Virus record (IMG/VR): IMGVR_UViG_3300044655_001643
Direction: 5' to 3' (one strand)
Origin: a virus
Length of the DNA stretch: 64,000 nt
Under the pieces are notes generated by a model, which did no database searches, was not told the DNA's origin, and saw nothing but the letters and a program-made list of their open reading frames with translations. Every line of letters begins with the position of its first letter. Positions within the stretch are counted from its first letter, which is position 1. Made by a program: the position numbers and the translations under genes. Positions 16,779 to 26,561 of this stretch are shown in pieces.

Positions 16779-17098
16779 ATCGTGAATGATGAACCACAAC
16801 CACAAGTTGCAGTTACGTTAGGATTTTTGATTGTAAATGATGCGCCCATCAAATCTTCTTTATAATCGACTTCCGCTTCTCTCATGTATTGCATACTCAT
16901 GCTGTCTACTACAACACCAATGCCATCTTTTTCAAATGTAAAATCATCGTCTGCTGGTGGCAATTCTTCAAGTGTAAAGCCATATTGAAAGCCAGAACAA
17001 CCACCACCCTGAACGAACACACGCAGTTTCAGTGATGAATCTTCTTCATCAATAATCGATTTGATTTTCTTTGCTGCTGAATCAGATATGGTAATCAT
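16775..17098 (-). CDS. erpA: A-type Fe-S cluster carrier (ErpA/IscA, HesB family)
   Basis: [17 protein letters not shown] and [14 protein letters not shown] motifs. Confidence 0.9.
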   Translation of the reverse strand: MITISDSAAKKIKSIIDEEDSSLKLRVFVQGGGCSGFQYGFTLEELPPADDDFTFEKDGIGVVVDSMSMQYMREAEVDYKEDLMGASFTIKNPNVTATCGCGSSFTI

Positions 17099-17371
17099 TT
17101 AGCCTCTTGTCAATGTCAGAATTTTTTGCATCTGTTTCTCAATAGCAGGACCACGATTTGGCCAATGAATGTATGGTTGATTTGCGGTCTTGTAAAGATT
17201 CGTCAAAAATGGCATGATGATCTTTTCAACTTGCTGTAGTCTTGCTTTGTATTCTTCAACAGTTTCATCTTTCTCTGCAATGACTGCTTGATACTCAACT
17301 TCATCTACGGTAGAAAATCCAAAATCACTATCACCGTATTCTGCCATAATTTTATTGATATCGTATTCCAT
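17099..17371 (-). CDS. conserved hypothetical phage protein
   Basis: DFGFS...YIHWPNR pattern; start probably MEYD at 17371. Confidence 0.65.
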   Translation of the reverse strand: MEYDINKIMAEYGDSDFGFSTVDEVEYQAVIAEKDETVEEYKARLQQVEKIIMPFLTNLYKTANQPYIHWPNRGPAIEKQMQKILTLTRG

Positions 17372-18594
17372 TATTTGTCCCATGCCTTTTGTGCGTTGAA
17401 ATTTTGTCTGCTGAACTCAAGTCTGTCTACCAACTTCAGTGCTTTGCCTAAGTGGTCAACTGCTACGAATCCCTCTGGTGCAGTAATACGGAAGCCATCG
17501 TCTGTACGAACAAATGTACCAATGCTCTTGATCGTTTCTAACTTACGAATGATCATCAGTTTGGCATCAACAATCAAATTCATCAAATCGAATATCAGCT
17601 TCAATTGAATGGCATTTGAACGGTAGAAACGCATGACTTCATTTTTTTCTTTGATACGTTTTTGTTTTGTTTCTTCTTTCTTGGCTGCAAGAATCTCTTT
17701 GTTCAGTTTTGCTTCAACCCAATTCAACAACTCTTGTGTGTGAATTCTTGTATCAGCAATCTTTTTGCCTTCACGAACTTTTGTATTATTGAATGTTTTG
17801 ATTTGTGTTAGAAAAACTTCTGATGCAGCAATACGATTCAATGTCAGTGCTGGTATTGTATTGAACAAACGACCAGCATTAGAAAGAATTGATGTGATAG
17901 CGGCAGTTTCTTCTTGTGTGAATGTTGCTGAACCAGATGCGTCAGTAAATGAAGCATCACGGAACCAAACATCTTTTGTTGTTTTCAAATGACCAATATC
18001 AATGTTGAATGACGCTTTCATTGTCTCTAATGATTTACCGGAATAGGATGTATGAAACACTACACCAATCTGTGCAGCAAGCATTGTCTGTGCCAGTTTT
18101 GATTTTGTTGGCACAGCATACACAATTGTGTTTGGCTGAAATGTGATATACTCTTCACCATCAATCGTTTCTTTTGAGATGTCATCTTTTGAGAACATCA
18201 TATCACCTTGCAACACACCTTTGATGCCTAACTTAGGCAAGTATGCAAGTGCAAGTTTAAGTTTTTGATTGAGTCCTTCGCCGGGATGATTCTCATCAAT
18301 ATCTTTATCAGTATAATTCAACTTTGCATTTTTTGCAAATACTGATTTTGTACCAACAAAAAATTCACCGTTCTCTGGATTTGTACCAGCAAAGATAGCA
18401 GGTGCGCCATCCCACTTTGTTGTTACATTGATTTTGCTGCCAGTATGACCAGCAAGCATATTACGCAAAGAACGTAGAAACTCTATTGCTTCACGTGCGC
18501 CAGACACCCCACCGTTCAATACATTATCTTCCAAATGCTCCAAATGCACGTTCTTACCTTCTTTACTTTCTTTTATAAATTCTGTGAATTTCAT
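17371..18594 (-). CDS. DUF6267-like protein with ATP-dependent ligase-like motifs
   Basis: HLEHLED, TKWDGAP, LQGD, PEGFV and LKLVDR motifs; MKFTEFIKE start. Confidence 0.7.
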   Translation of the reverse strand: MKFTEFIKESKEGKNVHLEHLEDNVLNGGVSGAREAIEFLRSLRNMLAGHTGSKINVTTKWDGAPAIFAGTNPENGEFFVGTKSVFAKNAKLNYTDKDIDENHPGEGLNQKLKLALAYLPKLGIKGVLQGDMMFSKDDISKETIDGEEYITFQPNTIVYAVPTKSKLAQTMLAAQIGVVFHTSYSGKSLETMKASFNIDIGHLKTTKDVWFRDASFTDASGSATFTQEETAAITSILSNAGRLFNTIPALTLNRIAASEVFLTQIKTFNNTKVREGKKIADTRIHTQELLNWVEAKLNKEILAAKKEETKQKRIKEKNEVMRFYRSNAIQLKLIFDLMNLIVDAKLMIIRKLETIKSIGTFVRTDDGFRITAPEGFVAVDHLGKALKLVDRLEFSRQNFNAQKAWDK

Positions 18595-19319
18595 GCTGAA
18601 ATACTTAGAAATGGGTTAGATTTTTTTGTTCCTGGTGCAACTGAAAATTTGCTGTTCGGCATTTTTTTGATTTTGATTTCGGCTTGAACTTCATAAAATT
18701 CAGAACGTGTAGCAACACGAACTTTGAAATCACCACTACCCGACAGAACAGGAACACCTTTTATCTTTAGAGGATTCTTTTTTGATATCATATAAAAATC
18801 ATCACCTGCTTGCATGTAATATGCTGGTTCTGCTTTACCTATTGTGTAGTGTTCAGTGACAACATCACCTAAGTTATAGTTTTCTTCATTTGCAATATAA
18901 CGATTGATTCCAGGTTGATCAAAGAATGCTTTCATGACATGTAACGGAACAGCACCCTCTTCTTTTAGACCACTTTTTGTAGTGGGTATCTTGATCATTT
19001 TTTCAGGAATGCCAGAAAACTTAGCAATATCTTTGATAAACTTTTTTGCTTGTGCCGAACGATTCAATATGTCAACAGTATATTTTGCGGCAGGAGTCTT
19101 GTATGTTGTATGCCATTTTCCCTTTTCATAGAAAACACGTGGATTAGATAAGTTGTCTGTATGAGACATCTTCACTTCAATCCAGATTTTCATCTTATTG
19201 TATTCCATCAGTACATCAGAATACTCTGTGCTTACCTTTGGTCTTTTTGCTGTGATTCCAGGAATTTTGTTGATATTCTTGGCTACATCATTTTCAAACT
19301 TATCTGAAGCCGCACTCAT
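18591..19319 (-). CDS. putative PD-(D/E)xK nuclease-fold protein
   Basis: FE...SDV...WIEVK arrangement. Confidence 0.5.
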   Translation of the reverse strand: MSAASDKFENDVAKNINKIPGITAKRPKVSTEYSDVLMEYNKMKIWIEVKMSHTDNLSNPRVFYEKGKWHTTYKTPAAKYTVDILNRSAQAKKFIKDIAKFSGIPEKMIKIPTTKSGLKEEGAVPLHVMKAFFDQPGINRYIANEENYNLGDVVTEHYTIGKAEPAYYMQAGDDFYMISKKNPLKIKGVPVLSGSGDFKVRVATRSEFYEVQAEIKIKKMPNSKFSVAPGTKKSNPFLSISA

Positions 19320-19346
19320 TGAATACTCCTTTTGACGTTATTAGAG

Positions 19347-19354
19347 TATTTATA
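19347..19354 (-). promoter_or_regulatory. T4-type late promoter TATAAATA
   Basis: Exact consensus overlapping the gp41 stop, 28 nt upstream of ATG 19319. Confidence 0.75.
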
Positions 19355-20750
19355 CTTTGAAGCCTCCGAACTTGTTGCCAGAAGTTCTCTCACGATCACC
19401 GAATGTATTGAGTGGTTTATCATCTACTTGACCAGAATCTACCAAGTCATCTTGAGCTGCCTGTTCAACATCATACAGTTTCATCTTGGCTCTGTCAATA
19501 CCGATGACAAATCGTTTGTAGTATGTCGGATCATTGTATCGATTCTTGAGTTGCTTTATCATCAACTGATTCAATTGTTGCAACTCTTCGGTACTTATCA
19601 AAGCGAACATAAAGTCGGCTGTGGCTGGCAGACCGAACGATTCTGACGTATCTTCCAAGCCTGGATCCGAGCTGGTGAAGCCGCTTCTGGTCGTCTGAGT
19701 AGCTGAGACTATCGGAACATCAAACTCGACGGCCAGACCCCTCAATTCTTCGGCAATCGCCTTGATATAAGAATAACTATTTACATTAGCACCAGGCTTG
19801 ATTCTGGCGCTTGCACATATATTCAAATAGTCAATAAAAATGATGTCAGGTTTGAAACTTTTCTTTAGTTGCAATTCATTCAACAAAGCACGGAAATGCA
19901 AGGCCGACGCCGCAGCAGTCGGATACTCTTTGATGATAAGTTTACCATGTGTGTTCACTTTCAGGGCAGAAAACTTACGATCATAGTCTTGCTTGCTGAT
20001 TGAGTTCAGATCAGCAATATCAATGTTCAACAGATTGGCATCAACACGTTCAGCGATTCGTTCTTCTGCCATCTCCATGGTGATGTACAAAACATTCAGA
20101 CCTTGTGCCAAACAAGCACCCGCAACGTGACACATGAACAAAGATTTACCAACGCCGGTGCCAGCAAGTGCAATGTTCAATGTTTTCTTTGGCAGACCAC
20201 CTTTTGTAATCCTGTTGAACAAATCAAGGTCGAAAGGAATCTTTGTCTCATGTCGATGATAGAAGTCATATCGAGAGTTCGCATCATCCATGTAATCATG
20301 ACCGACAGATGAATCAAATGAAACACCCAGAGCATCACTCAATAATTTTGGAATTGAACCCTTTTCTTCTTTGCTGTTTTTGTCATCAAGAATCTTGACT
20401 GATTGCATGATGGCATTATACAAAGCACGATCTTGACAGAATTTTTCTGTTTGATTGATGAGCCAATCAACGTCAGTTGGCTCTTCTTTCTCAGCATTGA
20501 TTTCACGAATCATTTGAACAGAGTCTTGAACCTGTTCTTCAGTGAGTTTCTTTGATTCTGTAAAATTGATTACAAGTGATTCGTAAGTAGGAAGATGTTT
20601 GTACTGATGAATGTGTTCGTTGATTTCATTGAACACAATTTTTTCTACATTGTCTGTGAAATATTCTGTCTTGATAAAAGGAAGTATCTTACGAGCATAT
20701 TCTTCATTGAATATCAAGTTCTTCAAAATTGTTGTTTCTAGTCTTTTCAT
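19350..20750 (-). CDS. gp41: replicative DNA helicase (T4 gp41-like)
   Basis: LAGTGVGKS, IDYLNIC, SATQTTR and SESFGLPATAD motifs. Confidence 0.95.
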   Translation of the reverse strand: MKRLETTILKNLIFNEEYARKILPFIKTEYFTDNVEKIVFNEINEHIHQYKHLPTYESLVINFTESKKLTEEQVQDSVQMIREINAEKEEPTDVDWLINQTEKFCQDRALYNAIMQSVKILDDKNSKEEKGSIPKLLSDALGVSFDSSVGHDYMDDANSRYDFYHRHETKIPFDLDLFNRITKGGLPKKTLNIALAGTGVGKSLFMCHVAGACLAQGLNVLYITMEMAEERIAERVDANLLNIDIADLNSISKQDYDRKFSALKVNTHGKLIIKEYPTAAASALHFRALLNELQLKKSFKPDIIFIDYLNICASARIKPGANVNSYSYIKAIAEELRGLAVEFDVPIVSATQTTRSGFTSSDPGLEDTSESFGLPATADFMFALISTEELQQLNQLMIKQLKNRYNDPTYYKRFVIGIDRAKMKLYDVEQAAQDDLVDSGQVDDKPLNTFGDRERTSGNKFGGFKV

Positions 20751-21069
20751 TCTCTTGCTCAGTTAGTATTTCAGTTAGAATGTCACCTATCATTGTATGA
20801 AAATCCTCATCATTTTGCAAGTCTTGAGAGGTGAACTTTGAAGAATTGAGGATGGTGTATGAAAAAGACAATCGTGCAAACTCACCTTCTTCAATTACTT
20901 TTGCGGTGCCATAACGATAAATGACACCAGCATATTTTCCTCTAAGTATGCTGATGCCAACTATCTTATCTTCTTCGTCGGAGAGATACTGAAAATCTAC
21001 ATTATGCAGATACTTCAGTTTCTTCTTCGGCGTTATCTTGTCCCATAATGCTGCTATAAGTGATTTCAT
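20704..21069 (-). CDS. hypothetical protein at the T4 gp40 position
   Basis: 121 aa between uvsX and gp41, overlapping both. Confidence 0.55.
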   Translation of the reverse strand: MKSLIAALWDKITPKKKLKYLHNVDFQYLSDEEDKIVGISILRGKYAGVIYRYGTAKVIEEGEFARLSFSYTILNSSKFTSQDLQNDEDFHTMIGDILTEILTEQENEKTRNNNFEELDIQ

Positions 21070-22060
21070 ATTTCTTTCTCACAAACTCTTTGAATCTTTC
21101 ATCAGCAAGAATATCTTTCCAGAACTCTTCTGTTTGAGTATCAGCAAAGCGTTTCTTATCTAAAACTTCACCAGTTTCTTGATCGACTTTAGCATACCAA
21201 CCATTGCTTGGCTTTGCTACGAAATTGCCTTCGAGTGCAATATCCAATAGACCAGACCACTTGTTAATGCCACCGTCAAAGGATACAGTAACAGGTATTT
21301 TAGATTTTTCTCTGACATATCTTGATTTTTCTACATTGATGATAAAGTTATAGCCGACAACCTCTGTGCCATCTTTGTCTTGTTGACGACCAAGAATCCA
21401 GATTGTGTCTGCTGAGTAATAAGAACCTGTACCGCCACCAACAATGTCTTTAGGAAACATGCCAATCTCTTTGTATGTGTGATTGACAACAACCATTGGA
21501 ATATCTTTGATTGTCAAATGTGGTGTGACCATACGAAACAACGACTTCATCTGTTTTGCACGGCTCATATCAGCAACAGACTTGCCTTCGATTGAATCTT
21601 CGACTTCTTTCTTTGATGCTAAATTACCAATTGAATCAAGGACAATAATTACTTTATCATCTTTATCAATATTTTGCAACTGATTCATGATATCATGTTT
21701 CAATTGTTCAACATCAGTAATTGGTGTGTGAAGAACACGTTCAGTATCAATACCAAATGCATCAAAGTATGATTGCGGTGTGCCGAACTCTGAATCATAA
21801 AACAAAACAACGGCATCTTCATATTTTTTCATATATGATTTTGCCATCAATAAAGCAAAGGCGGTTTTGAAATGTTTCGATGGTCCCGCAAACATCGTCA
21901 GTCCTGGTGTTAATCCACCATCTAGATTACCTGATAGTGCCACATTAACGATAGGCACATCAGTTTGAATCATATCTTTATCTGTAAAGAATTTTGATTT
22001 AGAAAGTATCGATGTTTCTTTGATTGTCGATGCTTTCTTTAGTTTATCCATTACGCTCAT
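21002..22060 (-). CDS. uvsX: RecA-like recombinase UvsX
   Basis: AGPSKHFKT, YDSEFG, DSIGNLASKKE and VVNHTY motifs. Confidence 0.95.
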   Translation of the reverse strand: MSVMDKLKKASTIKETSILSKSKFFTDKDMIQTDVPIVNVALSGNLDGGLTPGLTMFAGPSKHFKTAFALLMAKSYMKKYEDAVVLFYDSEFGTPQSYFDAFGIDTERVLHTPITDVEQLKHDIMNQLQNIDKDDKVIIVLDSIGNLASKKEVEDSIEGKSVADMSRAKQMKSLFRMVTPHLTIKDIPMVVVNHTYKEIGMFPKDIVGGGTGSYYSADTIWILGRQQDKDGTEVVGYNFIINVEKSRYVREKSKIPVTVSFDGGINKWSGLLDIALEGNFVAKPSNGWYAKVDQETGEVLDKKRFADTQTEEFWKDILADERFKEFVRKKYEITYSSIMGQDNAEEETEVSA

Positions 22061-22952
22061 TTATTTCTCCAATATCTGCGATTTTATCTTTCGGTATTGT
22101 GACTTTATCATCAAAGAATGACTCTAATGTGTTTGATGGTTTGATGTCAACTTTCTTTTTCTTCAAGAACTTCTTTACAGGAGCAACTTCTTCCTGTTCA
22201 CCTTTGAGTCTACGATACGTTTGATTTGATGCTATCAATAATAACACAGCAAGTGGGTCAAATACAATGATGATGATGAAGATTACCAGTCTAACTGCCT
22301 TGTCAATCAAATCACGGTCTTGTGTGCCGTATATTACCTCGGCAACGTACTTGATAGGTCCCAAGTCTGATTCAGCCTTCTTAACTTCCAAGGATAAAGG
22401 TAACTTTTCTTCTGTAAGTTTCTGTATCTCTTTTTGAAGCCTTGCATTCTCTGAAGCAATTCTCTCACGATCTTTCTGTTGGGCTTTGCGTATCTGTGAT
22501 GCCCTCTCTGCACCCCTTTCGTCTTTCGATCTGCCCATAATTTGATCGACAGACTCATCATACTGACTAAGGTTCTTGTCATTCCTCTCAATGGTCGCTT
22601 GGAGTGCTTCAATCTTTTTGTCATAGATTTCTACCTTTGCCACTTGTGGTTCGATAGTTGATGAATGCTCAATGTGTGCTTTTGACAGATAGCCAAAGAT
22701 GCCCATTGAAGTGATTCCCATGAGCAATATAACCGCAATCAAAAAATAGAATTTGAGAGCCGAGAATGTTTCTTTCCAATGATTATGTACCCATGATACA
22801 GTTACCAGTTTTGCCACCTCAAGCACAGAACCCATGATGACAATTGGCCAATATGAGCCAGGAAATATCTGTGCAAGACCAATCACTGAATAGTATGCGG
22901 CAATACCAGACAGTGCAATGGCAGTCAAAAATGGTAGTATAGCGTGTATCAT
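22044..22952 (-). CDS. membrane protein with coiled coil
   Basis: Three N-terminal TM helices, central coiled coil, C-terminal TM (IIIVFDPLAVLLL). Confidence 0.75.
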   Translation of the reverse strand: MIHAILPFLTAIALSGIAAYYSVIGLAQIFPGSYWPIVIMGSVLEVAKLVTVSWVHNHWKETFSALKFYFLIAVILLMGITSMGIFGYLSKAHIEHSSTIEPQVAKVEIYDKKIEALQATIERNDKNLSQYDESVDQIMGRSKDERGAERASQIRKAQQKDRERIASENARLQKEIQKLTEEKLPLSLEVKKAESDLGPIKYVAEVIYGTQDRDLIDKAVRLVIFIIIIVFDPLAVLLLIASNQTYRRLKGEQEEVAPVKKFLKKKKVDIKPSNTLESFFDDKVTIPKDKIADIGEINERNG

Positions 22953-25480
22953 CCGAAGAAAGATTCAAGTGTTGCTTGTTTCTCTGCTTTCCAACCAATA
23001 GAATTCAAAATCAAACCAATCGGTTCAAGAAAGGTCTTTGAGAACTGTGTATCATAATCAATAAATTCTTGTATCTCAAACTCTTTAGGCATTCTTGTTG
23101 GAAAAGAAATGACAGTATCTTTGATTGGATTTGGTGTTTTCAAATAAGTGAACTTGAGTTTCTCACCCTCTTTGATATATGGATACTTATTTGTCAGATT
23201 CTTTTCTTTGAGGTAATGATTGTAGAGTAAGGCACCCTTGACGTGAATTGGTGTTCCCTTTTTATATATTGTTTTGGAATCAGAATACTCTGCTAGACCA
23301 TTGCATCCACGTGGAAATGATACATCTTCTACAGGTAATTCTTTGAACTGTTCACGGAAGTTTGCAACAAACTCTTGTACAGTTGCTTCATCGGTATTCA
23401 CAACCAAATCAACTAATTCATACATTTTGTTTCGGACAACGGTAGGTGTTGATGATTTGACCATCTCAAGACCCATGACTTTGAGTTTTGGTTTGGCATA
23501 CTGAACACCTTCATTGTTATACACATTCAGAATATATCTTTTCTTTGCAGTCCAGATACCTTTACTTGAAAGTGCTTCACGTTTCATTTGCATCTTTTGG
23601 TCGTATGCATGAACATAATCAGCAAGCGTCTGGTAACTCTCATCAATAAACGGTTGGATTTTATCTTCACAAACTTTGTCCATGAAGGCGATAACTTTAT
23701 CAGGTTCTTGTGCCGATTTATGCACCTTGTCCACCAATGGACCAAGATTGAAATAAATCGAATCTGTATCTGAAGCAATAACATAATCTTTATTTGTTTT
23801 GAGTACACCATTCATGTACTCGTTGAGTTTATTTTCAATCCAACGAATAGACAATTGACCTGCTTGCGTGACTGCAAGTGCCTGACGTAAATCATAGAAA
23901 CGGAAATACTGTGAACCCATTGCACCATAAGCAGAGTTCAATGAGACTTTCTTTGCTAGTTGTAGATTGTTATATCGTGCAATGAGTTTTCCAATTTCAT
24001 TTCTCTTTGATTCGTCTTTTTCGTTTTCATATTCTTGCTGAGACTTCAACATCAACTTCTTGAACTTCTTTCGATCTTCATACATCTCAACCATCATCTT
24101 AGGCAAAAAGCCTTGTTCATCTGTTCTGAAGAACTGGCCGTTTGGTGTAATTGTGACATTCTTCAAAACTGAAGTATCAAGTTTTTGTTCTAGTAAATTT
24201 TCTACGGATGCTTCTGTTGCCAACTTACGCATCTCATCAGTGTAGTTTGAACTTTCTACCAGAGTTTCTGGCGAAATGTTGTATTGCATAATCAAATGCG
24301 GATACAGACTGTTCAAGTCAAATGATGCAACCCAATTGTGTAAACCAATCTGTGGATCTTTGACATAAGCACCTTCAAATGCCTCTGTCTTTTTGGCAAC
24401 ACGGCGTGGTGGTACAACTATCTTACGTTCAAGTAGATAATTGTAAATCAGAGCATCCCACATTCTTGTCTGGGCAAAGATATCATCATAATTACACTTC
24501 GTATCATAAGCCAGAGTCAATGCAAGTTCAATCAGCTTCAACTTATCTTCAAGTGCAAGAACAAGCCGAACGTCTTTGATATTATACTCAATAAACTTTT
24601 GATGATCTAATCTGTACAATTGATGAAGGCTATCATACTCATCGAATGATAGTTTGCTTTCACCAAGTTCAATGTTCGCAATCGTATCTAATCGAAAGTT
24701 TTCTACATTCTTGCCACCTGGCGCATACCATTGATACAGTTCAAGATAGTCAAGTGCAGAGACACCCACAATCTCATAAACGATTTGCTCTTTGCCTTTG
24801 AATGTGGTTTTTCTTTCAGAATAGACTTTCCACGGTGACAGTTTCTTTACGTCATCTTCGCCAAGTACACGTGTGAAGCGATTGATAATGTAAGGAACAT
24901 CAAAGAACTTGATATTCCAACCAGTAAGAACGTCAGGAGTATCGCTTGACCAATCAGCAAGGAAACGCTCACAAAGGTCGATTTCATCTTTGCATAAAAC
25001 ATAATCTACATTTTCATCAGAGTTTTTGTATTCACCACAGCCATAAACTTTGGTGCGCCCATTCAATCTATGAATACCAATTGCTGTGATTGGCTCTGTT
25101 GCTCTATATGGATCAGGAAAACCATTTTCAGAACCAACCTCAATGTCTATGAACGCAACATGGAGATGAGAAATATCCCAATCAATGCTGCCTCTAAAAG
25201 TATCAGCAATGAAGGCGTATTCATACCTTGTATTACCATAGATTTTAAAGTTTGCAACTTCTTCATAACGTTTGACAAAATCACGTGCCTCCCTAATTGT
25301 TTCAAACTTCATAGGTTCCAATGGCTCATTGAACAATGAACGCCATTCGGACTTTTTGTTAGACTGTAAAAACAAAGACGGAGAGTATTTGATCTTGCTT
25401 TCTACTCTCCGTCCGTTGTTTACACCACGAAAAAGAATGTGATTGCCGTGGACGCAAACATTTGTATAATACTTTGACAT
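22949..25480 (-). CDS. gp43: family B DNA polymerase (T4 gp43-like)
   Basis: DIEV exonuclease motif; SFDLNSLYPH, KVSLNSAYG and SDTDS motifs. Confidence 0.97.
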   Translation of the reverse strand: MSKYYTNVCVHGNHILFRGVNNGRRVESKIKYSPSLFLQSNKKSEWRSLFNEPLEPMKFETIREARDFVKRYEEVANFKIYGNTRYEYAFIADTFRGSIDWDISHLHVAFIDIEVGSENGFPDPYRATEPITAIGIHRLNGRTKVYGCGEYKNSDENVDYVLCKDEIDLCERFLADWSSDTPDVLTGWNIKFFDVPYIINRFTRVLGEDDVKKLSPWKVYSERKTTFKGKEQIVYEIVGVSALDYLELYQWYAPGGKNVENFRLDTIANIELGESKLSFDEYDSLHQLYRLDHQKFIEYNIKDVRLVLALEDKLKLIELALTLAYDTKCNYDDIFAQTRMWDALIYNYLLERKIVVPPRRVAKKTEAFEGAYVKDPQIGLHNWVASFDLNSLYPHLIMQYNISPETLVESSNYTDEMRKLATEASVENLLEQKLDTSVLKNVTITPNGQFFRTDEQGFLPKMMVEMYEDRKKFKKLMLKSQQEYENEKDESKRNEIGKLIARYNNLQLAKKVSLNSAYGAMGSQYFRFYDLRQALAVTQAGQLSIRWIENKLNEYMNGVLKTNKDYVIASDTDSIYFNLGPLVDKVHKSAQEPDKVIAFMDKVCEDKIQPFIDESYQTLADYVHAYDQKMQMKREALSSKGIWTAKKRYILNVYNNEGVQYAKPKLKVMGLEMVKSSTPTVVRNKMYELVDLVVNTDEATVQEFVANFREQFKELPVEDVSFPRGCNGLAEYSDSKTIYKKGTPIHVKGALLYNHYLKEKNLTNKYPYIKEGEKLKFTYLKTPNPIKDTVISFPTRMPKEFEIQEFIDYDTQFSKTFLEPIGLILNSIGWKAEKQATLESFFG

Positions 25481-25785
25481 TAAATTTTTAGTCCTGCTGG
25501 TGCTAGTTCAATACGACTAAACATACGACGATAGTTTTCAAGTAAGTCTGACACAGGAGTGTTGACTGTAAGAACATCATCATTGCTGATAACAATACCT
25601 TTATCAAACTCTTCAGTGAAAGCAAGATATGGTGCAAAGCCAACACCACCAGGATCATTTGCAGAACGTGGAGGCACAGCAATTACTTGCATTGGATTTT
25701 TAACTTTGATTCCATCATTGCGTTCATCCACTAATTCAGCAATAATGGTTTGATGTGTCTTGAAAGTTATACATTTGATTGTCAT
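25480..25785 (-). CDS. conserved hypothetical T4-like protein
   Basis: 101 aa directly upstream of gp43. Confidence 0.65.
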   Translation of the reverse strand: MTIKCITFKTHQTIIAELVDERNDGIKVKNPMQVIAVPPRSANDPGGVGFAPYLAFTEEFDKGIVISNDDVLTVNTPVSDLLENYRRMFSRIELAPAGLKI

Positions 25786-26012
25786 ACAGTTACCTTAGTT
25801 GTTGGTTCAAAAACGTCTAGTGTTACCCACTTTTTGGGAAACAACATTTCACGACCGCTGAAATCAGCAATGTCATAGGTTGGGTCATCAACAAGACCAA
25901 TAAGTTCAACTTTATTGTCAAACTCTCTCATTACAAGATCATACTTGTACGCTTTAGGCAGTTTAGAATTTGATTCTGCCATTTGTTTTGCCACTTTAGC
26001 GATTGTACTCAT
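25782..26012 (-). CDS. hypothetical protein
   Basis: 76-aa ORF with AGGAG RBS, in operon context. Confidence 0.6.
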   Translation of the reverse strand: MSTIAKVAKQMAESNSKLPKAYKYDLVMREFDNKVELIGLVDDPTYDIADFSGREMLFPKKWVTLDVFEPTTKVTV

Positions 26013-26021
26013 TTTTTACTC

Positions 26022-26510
26022 CTATACTTGTTGAACACCGATATTACACTTTTTCAAAAATTCAATACCATCTATAGTTCGGTAGTTATGTCGATAGTAA
26101 ACCTCCTTGATTGCTGCTTGATGTATTATTTTAGCACATTCTAGACACGGTGCATGGGTCACAAACAAACTTGCCGACTCACTGCTGTTTGTTGACCGAG
26201 AAACTTTGGCGATTGCATTTGTTTCGGCATGCAATACCTCTTTTTTGGAATGTAATCGACTCCATCCATGGGCAGATTCGGTATAGCCATTATGCATCAT
26301 GAATTTATCACTTTGTCGGCATTCTTCTTTGAGAATATATTCAACATCTTCACAGTTATTATCCCAACCAGATGGCATACCGTTATAACCGATGCCGATA
26401 ATTGTGTTGTCTTTGACGATTACGCAGCCAACTTGTAATCTTTTTGCGGTAGAAAGTTCAGCATAGACTTCTGCTGCCTTCATGTGGGCTTGTATAAATT
26501 TTTCTTTCAT
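26022..26510 (-). CDS. cd: dCMP deaminase
   Basis: GYNG, HAETNA and APCLECAK zinc motifs; start probably MKEKF. Confidence 0.9.
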   Translation of the reverse strand: MKEKFIQAHMKAAEVYAELSTAKRLQVGCVIVKDNTIIGIGYNGMPSGWDNNCEDVEYILKEECRQSDKFMMHNGYTESAHGWSRLHSKKEVLHAETNAIAKVSRSTNSSESASLFVTHAPCLECAKIIHQAAIKEVYYRHNYRTIDGIEFLKKCNIGVQQV

Positions 26511-26561
26511 AGATGTAAGCACTCACTTCACTTGTAAGGCACGACGAAAAAATGTATCCGA

